64,000 nt of DNA from a virus (IMGVR_UViG_3300033075_001328:8153-72152); one strand, 5' to 3'. Positions 25,856 through 36,920 are shown, counted from the first letter of the stretch. Notes: generated from the letters alone by a model not told the origin. Made by a program: numbers and translations.

Positions 25856-26658
25856 TGTGATGAATATGGATTTATTCCTAGTTGTATTTCTTGTCCCTGC
25901 GCTACACTTGGCGCAGTAGGCATGTATTCAAATCCCGTTGTTGCGGGTAAATTTACATTATTGCCTTGCTTAATTAACCAATTCAAATATGCCTGCTGTT
26001 GTGCCCTTTTTTGCTGTTCCGCGGGCATGTTTGCTAGGCTTGTAGCTGTTGAGCTAATAGAGCCTAACACAGTATTTAAGCCTTGTTGCTTATTAAATGT
26101 GGCAGCATTTTCAAGTGCCGCCGCCTGCTGCAATATATCGCGCTGTTTTTGGTCTGTTATGCCTTGCTGAACATCCTTCTTGCTGCCAATCATTTCTAGG
26201 TCTTTGCCTACTTGGCTGCGCATATCTGCCTTATATCTTAGGTCGGTAGCGGTCAAATCGTTCTGCGCTGCATTTTGTTGACCGATAGCTGCCGATAAAG
26301 CAGCAACGGTTTGTGCCCCGCTAGCTGAACTTTCTTTAATTGCACGAAGGTTAGCCGCAGTAGCCGCATCTAATTTTTGCTGCCCAAGTTCTAATCCTGC
26401 CATACCGCTTAAAGCCGCCATTTGGTCGGCACGTAGCTTCTTGTAGTATTCGCTTTGTATGTTTCTAGGCTGCAATCCAGCCGCTTGCTTACGAGCATTC
26501 GCCGCTTGTTCAGCCTGCTTTTTTGCAGCAGCACTTTGCATTAAGCCACCACCCATGCTAGCCGCCATAGACAGCACAGAGCCCACCACGGGTACAGCGT
26601 TTAACACAGGGGCAACACCTTGTATTATCCCTCCTGCCGTTCCTAATCCATCTGCCAT
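25846..26658 (-). CDS. DNA pilot/ejection-type protein
   Basis: Gly-zipper N-terminus GLGTAGGIIQGVAPVL...MGGGLM and Q/A-rich coiled coil. Confidence 0.65.
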   Translation of the reverse strand: MADGLGTAGGIIQGVAPVLNAVPVVGSVLSMAASMGGGLMQSAAAKKQAEQAANARKQAAGLQPRNIQSEYYKKLRADQMAALSGMAGLELGQQKLDAATAANLRAIKESSASGAQTVAALSAAIGQQNAAQNDLTATDLRYKADMRSQVGKDLEMIGSKKDVQQGITDQKQRDILQQAAALENAATFNKQQGLNTVLGSISSTATSLANMPAEQQKRAQQQAYLNWLIKQGNNVNLPATTGFEYMPTAPSVAQGQEIQLGINPYSSQWQ

Positions 26659-26677
26659 AACATATACTTTATTGTTT

Positions 26678-26707
26678 CAAAAATAATCATTGCCGCTATC
26701 ATTTCAA
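26678..26707 (-). promoter_or_regulatory. internal promoter for the cargo genes
   Basis: Minus-strand TTG (26705-26707), 19-nt spacer, TATTTTTG (26678-26685). Confidence 0.6.
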
Positions 26708-26797
26708 ACTTAATACGTTGAACTGCTTACGTATACTGCAAATACACCCGTATGGGTAGAAACAAAAACATCTAAGCTAACATATCCTATTACCATG

Positions 26798-29700
26798 CTA
26801 TTTTGTTGAACGCTCGCTGATTTGATACCTTGCCACTACCTCATTTAGAAACAATTCACCCGTATAGTCATTCGCAAGCCTTAATTCCAAAGTAGAAGAA
26901 CGCATCATCCTGCCATTTACTATCCTTGTTTGGGCAGGTACGCTATCGTCAGTCAAATCACGCTTACACGGGGTGTACCAAAACTCTTCCAACTGCCTCC
27001 AATTCGCCTTATTGATACGGCTCAGTTGATTGTTTAGGTTTGTCATAGTAGCCGACCAGTCGCACCCGCCGTTTGCTTGGTACTGCTTTATGTTGAACGA
27101 ATGCCAAACCTTTGGCGTTTGCGGCACTGCATTAAACATAGGCGTAAATACAGTGTCATATTGTGCTGTAAAGAAATTGTTTCTCGTGGCACTTTTATCT
27201 TGAATCCATAGATAACCGTCTTTGAAAGAAACAACCTCGTCGCCCAAAGCACAGTAATTCTCAGGTGTATACGAACGGAAGCTAATCCATTTATTGCCTT
27301 TTGTGTAGTCATTACCTTCAAACCATACTATCGTTTCAGGTAAAGAGTATATCAAGTTAACGGTACTCAAAGGCACTAACCTAATCGTGTCTGTAGTTAA
27401 TACTCGCACCACAATAAATGCTCCATCTATACTTGTTACTTCCCCTGTATATGATTTACCGTTTGGCAATAATTGCACTTCAACGGTACTATATAGTTCG
27501 GGATAGTTGCCAGTTACAATAAGCCTTATATCGTATCCTCCCGAAACAGGGGTGCTGTTCGATACCAAAAGTATTTGGTTGCGCTTTCTCCAATAGGTCA
27601 ATATGTACTCTTCATGGTATCTGTCATATACCGCTACTGCATCGGTTATGCCTTCGTCCGAAAGTTGCTTGAAAAATGCCGCTACTTTAGCATCGCTTAT
27701 CACCACTTCACCATCGCCTTGGTATTTCCAAGCGTTTGCCATGTAGTTAGTCCAACCAAATATTTTACCGCTTTGTGTACAAACCGAAGCGGGTAGGTCT
27801 GTACCTAGCTGTTGGCTATGCACGTAATCCGTACCCAAGAAACTATCCGATAATGATAATACTCCCGTATTGCTAGCTGCTTGGTAAGCTGTAATGCGCT
27901 GTATGTAGTTGCTTACTTCCCTGCGAGACCCAATTACTACTAAGTTGTTCTGCGTAAAAATAAAACGCTGTATCTGTCCGTCAGCCCTATCTAGTTCTTT
28001 GGCGTTTAGTTCCTCAAAACTACTTAATCCGTTTACTGCCGTAGAAGGTATAAATTGATTGCTGAAACGCATCAACATCGGGCGGTATATCTGCTTAAAA
28101 TTTGGGTCAATCAAACCAATCCTGCCTATATCCTGTGCGTCGCTTGGGTAGAAATCACTAACGCTAGCATCCTCTATTGTTACAGGATATGCCGCGGCGA
28201 ACTTTGTTTCGCTGTCATTTACAATAATAAGCCTGCCCCTCCAGTATGTATCTCCGTTTGTAAACGTGCCGCTTGTTACGCTGTGTTGGTTGTTAGGCGT
28301 ATTTGGCGCGGTGCATTTGTAAACTTCGCCAACTTCATACAGTATCTGCTCATCATCTGTGGCAACGCTTTTAGGGTTAAATATCTCCAATAGGCATCCC
28401 GAAGTTATCTGTACAGAAGCCGACGTTATTTTTACTATAACAGATTGCGTTGTTTCATCGTAACTAGTTATCTCAAAGTCGTTAACGCCTTGGTAAAACT
28501 GCACCGTTCTGTCCGCCATTAACCTTAATCTATCGCCCTGCTCAAAAGTATACCCTACTTGGCTGTCATTGTTAGCAGATTGATAAGATATGATATTACT
28601 TATTGATATTTTAATAGCCGTAGCATCCCCATTGGCGTAAGCTGTTTCTATTTCTGGCGTATTATCTGTTTCTACCGCACTCAAGTATGTAACTTGATTA
28701 GCTACCCATTGCAAGTATCTTCCGTATATAAGGTTTTTAGTACGAACAAATTGATAGAAAGCAGCCCATTCGGGAGGGTTGTAATTAGGGTCTAAAGCCC
28801 AACTTATAACAGGCTTACCTTGTATGTATGTATTCGGAGCATATTGGTTAGGGAAATATTTATTTAAGTCTTCTGTTTCAAAGGGTATATATATATCGAA
28901 TAACCTTGCTACCGAACAAAGCCTGCCTGCGTTGTCGTAGTACCTTATGCCGTCTATGTATTGACCGCCCCTCTTTCTTGCTTTAAGCGCAGGGTTGTTG
29001 TTTTCATCTATAATAAAATCTGCAACTATATATGGATTAGTTGGATTATACTGGCTTGGATTTGGCCCGAATGGGTCAATGTCAATATTTATGGACTGCC
29101 CGTTAGGATATACAGGTTGGCAGAATACGCTAAGCTGGAATATTAGGTCGTCAACAAGCCTATTTGGAGCGGGCAATCGTGTGTTGTTCGTCGCAAAAGC
29201 TGCAAGGTTTGCCGTAACCATATCAGCCCAAGCTATGATGCTATAAGAGCCGTCTTGAAGCGTTACTCCTGTTTTGCCGTTTTCATAAACAGCCAATACG
29301 CCGCTAACAGCGTCTCCGTTAGAATTTAATACATTGCCGTTTATAAAAGTAGAACACATGTTCCTTGCATCGGGAGTATCGGTAGCCACTGCGCCATACA
29401 CCAAAGAGTATCCGTTGCCTGTCGGCGGAGTGCTATTGCTGTTCCAATTGTAAGGCATTGTTGTTTTGGTAAAAACGTCGGTTAGTGAACCGTAGTATAT
29501 AACAGCACTATCAGTAAGTATGGTTATTGGCAATGTTGGCGCATTTGGATTTTGTCCACTAAGTGCCCGTATAACCAAAAACGAAACTGAGTTCAATACA
29601 GTTATACCAAAGAAATACCCATTGTGGTCTGTGGTGCATCCGTCATACCATCCTTGTAATGCCTGATAAAACGCACCCGCTTTCTCAACCGCAACACCAG

Positions 29701-31963
29701 TGAAGCTATCCGAGTTTATGTCGCTGTTGCCTAGTGAATCAAATAGGTATAAATTTATGGGCTGCCAAATGTCAGGTTGACCCGTGTCGGTTACAGTAAA
29801 ATCATGTGGCGGTGCTAAATCCATTACAAGGAAAGTGCCGCCGTTCGGAATGTCTGAGTTTACCGTAATCCTTATCTCTTTTTCTTTTACCCAATTTCCA
29901 TTAGGGTCAAAGCATCCGTGTACGTTTGTACTTGTCTTTTGGTAGTTCTGACCTGCACTAAGGTCATACATAAAACCTTTGTTTAGCACATCGCCAAAAC
30001 TGCACCAATGGGATGCTACCCTAAAAACATACTCCCCCGCAGGTAATAATATTTCTACTTCGCTATACAAATCTCCGCAAGAGCCACCATTGCAATACAG
30101 GTAATTACCGATAGCATCCCGTCTTGCCTGAGTAGAGGTTTCTAATGCGCCAACTCCATCTACTGGCAAGTCTACACTAATCTGCCTACTTATGCCGAAA
30201 TAAGGTGTACCTGCCGCATAAATAGGGAAACCGCCTTCTGGAATCCTTTGGTCGAAATCTGTTTCCATGCCTGACCTTATTCCAAAATCGCCACCTGCAC
30301 CAGAGCCAAAGCCTCCGCCTCCGAAAAAAGGGAAGTTGTTATCTGTCCTTGTGGTGTCATGGAAAATGCCTCCCCTATTTAGCGCATACACAGTACTTGG
30401 GTCTGAACTTATCCAAAAGGGGTATTTTTTATAATTAGGAAACGCGCTATTAAAGTTTCTCCCAGTACCGCTAGAACCCTGCTCTGCATCGCCCAATCCA
30501 TAGGTTAATATCCTTACCTTAAATTTCACCCTGTATAAAGTGGGGTTTGGGTTTTGTTCGAAGTCAATAGTATAGGTAGCTTTAGGGCACTCAGGCGCAT
30601 CATATCCTTCCTTTATGCCACCCTCAATCATCCTGTTCTTTACAAACTCCTCTGCGTTTACCTCTAGCGGAACATTGTCAAATAGCTTCGCTGCCAACAC
30701 AGGGTCGATTGCATTGCTTATTATGTTGTTGTAGAACTTAAAGTGTGCAACCTTGTTCCCGTTTACCAAATCCAAAAACTCGCATGGCTCTAGGTCTATT
30801 ACTGCCCTATCATTGCCCGTATTCAATTCACGCGCAACAAATCTAACGCACTTCAATAATACCAGTGTAGTAGCATTAGTTAGTTCCGTATCATTAAAAT
30901 CTACATCTATATAATTCAACGCCTCATTGCTAGTGCCGTTACACGCTAGGTTGTCTATCGGTATTTGCGACCATACACCTAACGCGCTTTGCTCGCCGTC
31001 GTCGTATATGTATTCTAGCCTGAACTGAAACACCTTGCGTTTTACATAGTTGGGCAAGAAGTTTACATCTTGCATATACGTGCCCTGCGGCGCGTTCATT
31101 GGCTGCCACTTACATCTATCAAAAAACCTATCTATTAAGTTTAGTCCATACCAGTTTTCAGGTACTACATAAAAATCGGTATTTGTAAATACTATATTAT
31201 ATGCGTTAACTGCATCTTCGGTTATTGTCAACTTACAGTCGCAAGCATCGGCAGTTATGTATTGTCCTAATCCTGCATTTATTTGCTGTGCCAAGCTGGC
31301 AAACATCTGTTCAATGGTAAGGTTTGGCGCAATGTTTACATTGATACTAGCAATAGGCGCATTGTTATCAAACCTGCGCACTACTACTTGAAAAAAGTAA
31401 GAAGAACCTGCTTTGCTCAATGGCAGATACACATTCCAAGACTTATACTTCTCGCAGATATTAGCTTTGTCTAAGTTTATCTTTTTAGGCACAGGGTCGC
31501 ACCAGTAAAACAAGTCGCCTGCTCCAGTACCCTGCGGGTCGCCATATACTATATTACCAGACGTTATGCGCGTGTCTTTATTCCAACCGAAGTCATAGCT
31601 TATGATTTGCTGAACTTCGCCGTATGGGTTGGCAGGGCTAGTCTTGTTCCTGTAATACCTTAATATTTGATGTTCGCCGTTACTGTTCCACACACAGAAT
31701 ATTACTGTGTTGTATTTAGTGTCCTCAAAAGCACCTATACACTTGTTTTGCCCATTAGGCAAAGTAGATGTGCTGCCATAGGGTAGCGTATATTTAGTAA
31801 TATCTACATTGCCCTGTATATTGGTAAGCGAATTGCCTCGCGCTGCATTATTTATGGCATTGCGCACGTTTAGCGCATATACGTAGTCGGTATCTTCTAC
31901 GTTTTGCGCTACACTATCCAAATCTAATCCACCAATAGGGTTGCTTGTATCAAATCCGTGCAT
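26798..31963 (-). CDS. tail stabilisation/muzzle (nozzle) protein
   Basis: 1721 aa; GGLDLD...YVYALNVRN N-terminus, KCIGAFED, LFDNVPL, RYYDNAGR motifs of P22-gp10-like/crAss muzzle proteins. Confidence 0.75.
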   Translation of the reverse strand: MHGFDTSNPIGGLDLDSVAQNVEDTDYVYALNVRNAINNAARGNSLTNIQGNVDITKYTLPYGSTSTLPNGQNKCIGAFEDTKYNTVIFCVWNSNGEHQILRYYRNKTSPANPYGEVQQIISYDFGWNKDTRITSGNIVYGDPQGTGAGDLFYWCDPVPKKINLDKANICEKYKSWNVYLPLSKAGSSYFFQVVVRRFDNNAPIASINVNIAPNLTIEQMFASLAQQINAGLGQYITADACDCKLTITEDAVNAYNIVFTNTDFYVVPENWYGLNLIDRFFDRCKWQPMNAPQGTYMQDVNFLPNYVKRKVFQFRLEYIYDDGEQSALGVWSQIPIDNLACNGTSNEALNYIDVDFNDTELTNATTLVLLKCVRFVARELNTGNDRAVIDLEPCEFLDLVNGNKVAHFKFYNNIISNAIDPVLAAKLFDNVPLEVNAEEFVKNRMIEGGIKEGYDAPECPKATYTIDFEQNPNPTLYRVKFKVRILTYGLGDAEQGSSGTGRNFNSAFPNYKKYPFWISSDPSTVYALNRGGIFHDTTRTDNNFPFFGGGGFGSGAGGDFGIRSGMETDFDQRIPEGGFPIYAAGTPYFGISRQISVDLPVDGVGALETSTQARRDAIGNYLYCNGGSCGDLYSEVEILLPAGEYVFRVASHWCSFGDVLNKGFMYDLSAGQNYQKTSTNVHGCFDPNGNWVKEKEIRITVNSDIPNGGTFLVMDLAPPHDFTVTDTGQPDIWQPINLYLFDSLGNSDINSDSFTGVAVEKAGAFYQALQGWYDGCTTDHNGYFFGITVLNSVSFLVIRALSGQNPNAPTLPITILTDSAVIYYGSLTDVFTKTTMPYNWNSNSTPPTGNGYSLVYGAVATDTPDARNMCSTFINGNVLNSNGDAVSGVLAVYENGKTGVTLQDGSYSIIAWADMVTANLAAFATNNTRLPAPNRLVDDLIFQLSVFCQPVYPNGQSINIDIDPFGPNPSQYNPTNPYIVADFIIDENNNPALKARKRGGQYIDGIRYYDNAGRLCSVARLFDIYIPFETEDLNKYFPNQYAPNTYIQGKPVISWALDPNYNPPEWAAFYQFVRTKNLIYGRYLQWVANQVTYLSAVETDNTPEIETAYANGDATAIKISISNIISYQSANNDSQVGYTFEQGDRLRLMADRTVQFYQGVNDFEITSYDETTQSVIVKITSASVQITSGCLLEIFNPKSVATDDEQILYEVGEVYKCTAPNTPNNQHSVTSGTFTNGDTYWRGRLIIVNDSETKFAAAYPVTIEDASVSDFYPSDAQDIGRIGLIDPNFKQIYRPMLMRFSNQFIPSTAVNGLSSFEELNAKELDRADGQIQRFIFTQNNLVVIGSRREVSNYIQRITAYQAASNTGVLSLSDSFLGTDYVHSQQLGTDLPASVCTQSGKIFGWTNYMANAWKYQGDGEVVISDAKVAAFFKQLSDEGITDAVAVYDRYHEEYILTYWRKRNQILLVSNSTPVSGGYDIRLIVTGNYPELYSTVEVQLLPNGKSYTGEVTSIDGAFIVVRVLTTDTIRLVPLSTVNLIYSLPETIVWFEGNDYTKGNKWISFRSYTPENYCALGDEVVSFKDGYLWIQDKSATRNNFFTAQYDTVFTPMFNAVPQTPKVWHSFNIKQYQANGGCDWSATMTNLNNQLSRINKANWRQLEEFWYTPCKRDLTDDSVPAQTRIVNGRMMRSSTLELRLANDYTGELFLNEVVARYQISERSTK

Positions 31964-32787
31964 TATCGCTTAGGTGTTTGGTAATTGAATCTCCTGAAAA
32001 GTTGAACCCACTCTACTTTGCTCAACGCCCCTTCTCTTAACGCCATCGAACTTGCTTCGTTTACAAATTGCCTGCGAAATTGCTCTGCCTGCATCTTGTC
32101 TGTCCTGTCTTGGCTAAAGCGCAACCTATTATAATGCACCCAGCTTTGAAGTGCCAACAAAGCGTTCTGCGGAACTATGGCATTACCAGTGCCGTCCAAG
32201 CCGCTGCTGCGATATTCAAGCAATATTTTGTCTGCTGTTACGCAGCTATCAAATTGTATGGTATTAGTTGCGTTGTTTATTCTAAAGCCACCATTCCTGC
32301 GCCCTGCACCTACGCCATAATATCCCGCGGTAAATTGTCCATTGTGATAGTGCTGAAAGTATGGGTAGAACCATGTATCGCCGCTATCCAATCCAGTACC
32401 AAAGCCGCCGCCCGCAAATTTTTGTATATAGGCGGTAGTTTGCTCATCATTACAAGGGCATACATCAAGTGTTTCATTTTTCAAACACAAGTCGTCGTCC
32501 ATTGCAAAGTTTAATACGTGCCCATGTATACACAAGCCTATCTTAGTATAACTGATATAGTCTATCGGCAGCTTGGCAGTATTGGTACTTTCATCTACGT
32601 CTAGCATAACACTCTTTATGTTTGGCAGCAATGATGATAGGTTTAACTTACGATAGCCGTCTATGCTCCATTTTAGGAATTGCATAAAGCGCATGCCTTC
32701 GGTTTCGTTTATATCCGCCAAACATGACTGTGCCACATACGCAAGCGTATACACATCATTCGCTATATTGGTTGTATTATCCGCCAT
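31963..32787 (-). CDS. tail ring/adaptor protein
   Basis: LPIDYISYTKIG, GFRINNATNTIQFD, ILLEYRSSG motifs; position upstream of the muzzle gene. Confidence 0.7.
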   Translation of the reverse strand: MADNTTNIANDVYTLAYVAQSCLADINETEGMRFMQFLKWSIDGYRKLNLSSLLPNIKSVMLDVDESTNTAKLPIDYISYTKIGLCIHGHVLNFAMDDDLCLKNETLDVCPCNDEQTTAYIQKFAGGGFGTGLDSGDTWFYPYFQHYHNGQFTAGYYGVGAGRRNGGFRINNATNTIQFDSCVTADKILLEYRSSGLDGTGNAIVPQNALLALQSWVHYNRLRFSQDRTDKMQAEQFRRQFVNEASSMALREGALSKVEWVQLFRRFNYQTPKR

Positions 32788-33391
32788 TTACTACTGTCGT
32801 TGTGGTGTTGTCGTTAATCTTATCCTCTGGTGTAAATTTCTGCTCTTGCAATTCTTGTTTCACCGCCTGTATCAGCAATCCGTCAAACTCATACGGCTGC
32901 GGTATTTCTTCATCCATGCCTAAGCTACTAAAAGACGGAATCGCCTTTATTAGTATATCGGTAGCGTATGGCGGTGTAGACTTAAAGTATATCCTACCAC
33001 CTTCTAACCAATACACATAGCGGCCCGCGCCGCCGCCCGCTTCTAAAGAAGAGTATACACTCAGCATCCCGTTTTGAACAGCTACAAAGCTACCCTCTTC
33101 TTCTTGCACCAAGCTTACTTGCACCAAGCCCATGTTTTTGCTCATGCCAAGTATACTGTATGGCAACTGAACATAATTGCGCTGCCTTTGGGTATCAAAC
33201 AATATCGGCAATACTTTAGGTATGCAGAACAAAGCCAACGAAGACGAGCCATAAGCATTTGCATACGTAGGTATTTGTGTGCCTCGAAATTTATCCGCAG
33301 CAAACGCTATCAACCTGTCGTCAGGCTTTTTGTCTTGGTCTGTATAACCAAGCAACCTCCATACCGCTTCTGCTAATTGTGCCTTTGTCAT
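32777..33391 (-). CDS. tail ring/tubular protein
   Basis: YVQLPYSIL, YWLEGGRIYF; ring-gene cluster. Confidence 0.65.
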   Translation of the reverse strand: MTKAQLAEAVWRLLGYTDQDKKPDDRLIAFAADKFRGTQIPTYANAYGSSSLALFCIPKVLPILFDTQRQRNYVQLPYSILGMSKNMGLVQVSLVQEEEGSFVAVQNGMLSVYSSLEAGGGAGRYVYWLEGGRIYFKSTPPYATDILIKAIPSFSSLGMDEEIPQPYEFDGLLIQAVKQELQEQKFTPEDKINDNTTTTVVNGG

Positions 33392-34101
33392 TATTGTCCT
33401 GCTGTTTGCCTTTGAAGCATATAGTTTACAAAATCATCTTCCCTTATGTTTATACCCAAATACCTTGCCATGCGTACCGCAAAGTTAGGGTACATACTTT
33501 CGGGGTATTCTATTTGTACGCTAGTTACTGGGTCGTATATCGGTTCATCATTTGCCGATAAAGTATAACCCCAAACAGGCTGCACAGGGTATCTTATATA
33601 CGTTAACTCTATTTGGCTTACCTGCGCAGGAAACACCTGCATACCACCGTCATAGTAAGCCATTACGGGATAGTCTAGGTCTGGCGGCTGTATTGCGCTG
33701 TTAAGCCTCAAGTTAAGCTCTGCATCGGTTACTACTTCAATCCACTTTTCTTGCACTATCGGGTTGCCTACGGGTTGGTTTTGGACATTCCTATATCTTG
33801 CAGAAGAAAACGCTGCATAGTCGACAGGGTATAAAAAGAACCCATTTGCATTTTTAGACAACACCGCTTTCTTTACAAAGAAACGCAAGTCGTCCGTCAT
33901 GCGCTGCGTTATCTGCCAACCTTGCCTAGCTGCGGGTGCACCATATCGGTACTCTTCGGGCAACCCTATCTTTTGGTTAAGTATATCCAAATTGACAAAT
34001 GCCGCCGCCGAATTTATCTCTTCGGGCGAAATTGCTCCTGATTGTTGCTTATTCGCAATAAAGTTCAGGAAGAATACTACGTCATTTATGTTTAGTGCCA
34101 T
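33391..34101 (-). CDS. tail ring/tubular protein
   Basis: INDVVFFLNFIANKQQSGAISPEEIN, LTYIRYPVQPVWGY; ring-gene cluster. Confidence 0.7.
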   Translation of the reverse strand: MALNINDVVFFLNFIANKQQSGAISPEEINSAAAFVNLDILNQKIGLPEEYRYGAPAARQGWQITQRMTDDLRFFVKKAVLSKNANGFFLYPVDYAAFSSARYRNVQNQPVGNPIVQEKWIEVVTDAELNLRLNSAIQPPDLDYPVMAYYDGGMQVFPAQVSQIELTYIRYPVQPVWGYTLSANDEPIYDPVTSVQIEYPESMYPNFAVRMARYLGINIREDDFVNYMLQRQTAGQ

Positions 34102-35171
34102 TAGCTAAGTGTCAACCTTGTTATTGTTACATCTATAGAACAAGCACCGCCATCGGTAGGCTTGTCTACCAAAAATCGTATCTCTTGACCTGCGGTAAAC
34201 ACGTTGTTCGCAGTTATAGCAGTTGCCGTTACGCCAGTGCCATGCACCGAACCAAGCGGGATTGTTATTAAGCCACCTGTAAAGTTTGTTCCGCTATTGT
34301 CCTGTAGCTGTATTGTACCTGCATCCGTGCCCGACAAATCTTTTGTTACCCTCGCTTTTGCCGCCGTAACGGTACAAGGGAACGGCACGGTCATATAGTA
34401 TGTACCTTGCCATCCTACTTCAAAACTTACATCCAATCTTAAAGTTTCTGTCAATGCGCCTACACCCCATGTACCACTAGCAACAGCAGGGAAGCCCGTA
34501 CTCGAACTTGTATCTTGTCCCGTACCTCCGCGAACTGTGGCAAGTTGCGCCTCGCTACTCATTACGCCGCTTCCGTCATTTATAAGCACTTGGCTAGCTG
34601 TGCCGCTTGCTAGTTTTGTTCTTGCAATGGCAGCGGCGGCGTTTATGTCTGCGTTAACGATAGCCCCCGCTGTTATGGCTGTAACACCCGCATTGGTTAT
34701 TGTTATATCTCCGCTTATTGTCACATAAACAGGTACACCGCCAACATTACAAACAGGTACTTGTGCATCTGTGCCTGATGCTAATTTTATAAGGTCAATG
34801 GTTCCATCAATAAGCACAGTCCCATTTAATGCACCTAATCCGTCAAGCTGTGGGATATAAGAGTATTGAGAGCCCGCTGTGGCATCGGCAAATTGATATA
34901 CATACTGGAATGGATAATCCATTTGAGTTTCTGTTATCTCATTGCCCTCTATTGTAAAAGCATATACGCCCTTTACAACTTGGTCTATAGCCTGCGTGAT
35001 ATACCTTATGGTAGTTCCATTTGAAGGAACGCCACCTAAAGACACAACAAAATCTGCACCCAATGTTACCGCACCTGTAGCATATATAAATACTACGTCT
35101 GGGGGGTTGTTTTGGTCTATTACAAATGTGCCACCTGCGTTCGTTACCTGTATAATCTGTACTAATGCCAT
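34101..35171 (-). CDS. virion fibre/tail-hub-like structural protein
   Basis: GAIVNADINAAAAIARTKLA repeat-type segment; Thr/Gly-rich. Confidence 0.6.
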   Translation of the reverse strand: MALVQIIQVTNAGGTFVIDQNNPPDVVFIYATGAVTLGADFVVSLGGVPSNGTTIRYITQAIDQVVKGVYAFTIEGNEITETQMDYPFQYVYQFADATAGSQYSYIPQLDGLGALNGTVLIDGTIDLIKLASGTDAQVPVCNVGGVPVYVTISGDITITNAGVTAITAGAIVNADINAAAAIARTKLASGTASQVLINDGSGVMSSEAQLATVRGGTGQDTSSSTGFPAVASGTWGVGALTETLRLDVSFEVGWQGTYYMTVPFPCTVTAAKARVTKDLSGTDAGTIQLQDNSGTNFTGGLITIPLGSVHGTGVTATAITANNVFTAGQEIRFLVDKPTDGGACSIDVTITRLTLS

Positions 35172-35174
35172 TAT

Positions 35175-36863
35175 TTATGATATTTTATAGTAAACAATTT
35201 CTAGTGCTGCGCTTGTTATATCTCCCGCAACAACACTATCCCCTTGTGCCGCAACCGTGTAAGCCGTTGTAGTAAAGTTCAATGTACCAATAGTGGTAAC
35301 ACCTTGTATAAAACGCCTATCTGTTTGTTGACCTGCTAGCGTCTGTGCATTGAATAGCACCTCTACTTCATACTTTGCAGAAGTATTGCTAACCCTGCTT
35401 ATACGCGCATTTATCTCTATATTGACAATATTAGAAGCAAAAAAACCCGTATTCAATGTGCTAATCAGGCTAGCTCCATTAAAAGTCAACCTAACCAATT
35501 GAGATGCGCTAGGGCTAGTTGCATTAGTAGTAAATACAGTATGTATTTTTACTTCATCCCCATCCGCAGATAGTGTATTGGCAGGTATAGAATAACTATC
35601 CAGTGTTTCAAAACCAACCGTTCCTGCCGTAGAGGCATTTGCATAGTTGTTATATAAAACAGCAACGCCATCTGCACCATTTGCTCCCGCCGCACCTGTA
35701 GCACCCGTTGCGCCTGTAGCACCCAAAAGGCTACCCATGTACGTCCATGTCGAAGCCCCCGTTTTTAGGTACACATCACCGTTAGAGATATTTAAGTAAC
35801 TATCCCCAACAGAACCTAGGTTGTTGGCGGGTGCGCCTGCGCCCTGTAAAAATGATGTACCATTCGTTCCGTTCGTACCGTTTATAGATGTTGTCGGAAC
35901 TAAGGGTTGGCTTGTGCCATCTCCACATCCGCAATCGCAAGTAGGGTCAATACCCGTAAGTGCATATATCTTAGCTATATGCGCATCTATGGTAGATTGC
36001 GGCTTGCCACAGGTTTCGCTTTCTACCGCAAAAAGGTATTCCGCCATAGCCAACAAATAACGCTCGGTCATTTCAGGCACGTTTTTGGCAGTCTTTTGCA
36101 GCAAAAACTCGTTCCTATATTTTTCTAGCAAACACAATACTTTACACAGTTGGCTTTGCTCTACACTAAAGCTGCCTTGTTTTGTAACCCTGCAAGTCGT
36201 AGATGCACCTGTTACTGTGTCGGTATAGGTTATATCGCTTGTTATGTCCCATTGCCAAATACCTGTATACGGGAATGTGCCCATAGGTGGCGCGTACACC
36301 AAGGTTGCAGGCGAGCCACTAGCCACCAAAGTTTGCGAAGCCTGTCCTGTAGACGGTGGCGGGTACAAAATAATGGTATTGGTTAGCGCGGTATAGGTCT
36401 TATAGTTCGTTTGGTCGGTAATACTTACCTGTGCTACGTTATAAGCCACACTACCTTCACCAATCACAATAATTCCATTGCACGTAGCCGTAATGTTTTG
36501 ATACAATACCTTATACGCATTTACCGTTCCCGATGGGTCTATAACTTGCGTTTTCATACTTATCGTGTACTGCCCCGTCAAGTATGCGCCCGTTATGTCT
36601 GTTGGCAAGGTAAACGAATAGGTATCTGTTCCAAGCAAAGGTTCTAGGTCGGGTGAAGCAAAGTTTGCTGTGTCATAGCCAGCATTTTTATAGAACAATG
36701 CACCTGTGCTGTCTTGTATATATAGCAGCACTTTTATGGTTGCAGGCGTACCCAAACCTAAGCTAGCATAATTACTAACATCGGTAAATGCCGCCGAACC
36801 TGTTATTAGGCTATACGTTCCCTGTATTTGCTGTACCGCTTCTATTTGTGCAGATGTTGCCAA
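35175..36863 (-). CDS. collagen-repeat fibre/head-fibre-like protein (TTG start)
   Basis: GATGATGATGAAGANGADG and GTNGTNG G-X-Y repeats; GDSYLNISNGDVYLKTG motif. Confidence 0.7.
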   Translation of the reverse strand: MATSAQIEAVQQIQGTYSLITGSAAFTDVSNYASLGLGTPATIKVLLYIQDSTGALFYKNAGYDTANFASPDLEPLLGTDTYSFTLPTDITGAYLTGQYTISMKTQVIDPSGTVNAYKVLYQNITATCNGIIVIGEGSVAYNVAQVSITDQTNYKTYTALTNTIILYPPPSTGQASQTLVASGSPATLVYAPPMGTFPYTGIWQWDITSDITYTDTVTGASTTCRVTKQGSFSVEQSQLCKVLCLLEKYRNEFLLQKTAKNVPEMTERYLLAMAEYLFAVESETCGKPQSTIDAHIAKIYALTGIDPTCDCGCGDGTSQPLVPTTSINGTNGTNGTSFLQGAGAPANNLGSVGDSYLNISNGDVYLKTGASTWTYMGSLLGATGATGATGAAGANGADGVAVLYNNYANASTAGTVGFETLDSYSIPANTLSADGDEVKIHTVFTTNATSPSASQLVRLTFNGASLISTLNTGFFASNIVNIEINARISRVSNTSAKYEVEVLFNAQTLAGQQTDRRFIQGVTTIGTLNFTTTAYTVAAQGDSVVAGDITSAALEIVYYKIS

Positions 36864-36881
36864 TTTATTTAGTGTTTAAAG

Positions 36882-36920
36882 AAAAACGCCATTGGCATTA
36901 CATGAGGTAACGGCAATGGC
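36882..36920 (-). terminator. intrinsic terminator
   Basis: GCCATTG/CAATGGC stem with a U-run on the minus strand. Confidence 0.65.

Noticed and set aside
26710-26796. 28-aa ORF right after the muzzle stop (MVIGYVSLDVFVSTHTGVFAVYVSSSTY)
   Set aside because: Very short, abuts the -33 box of an internal promoter, no supporting motif
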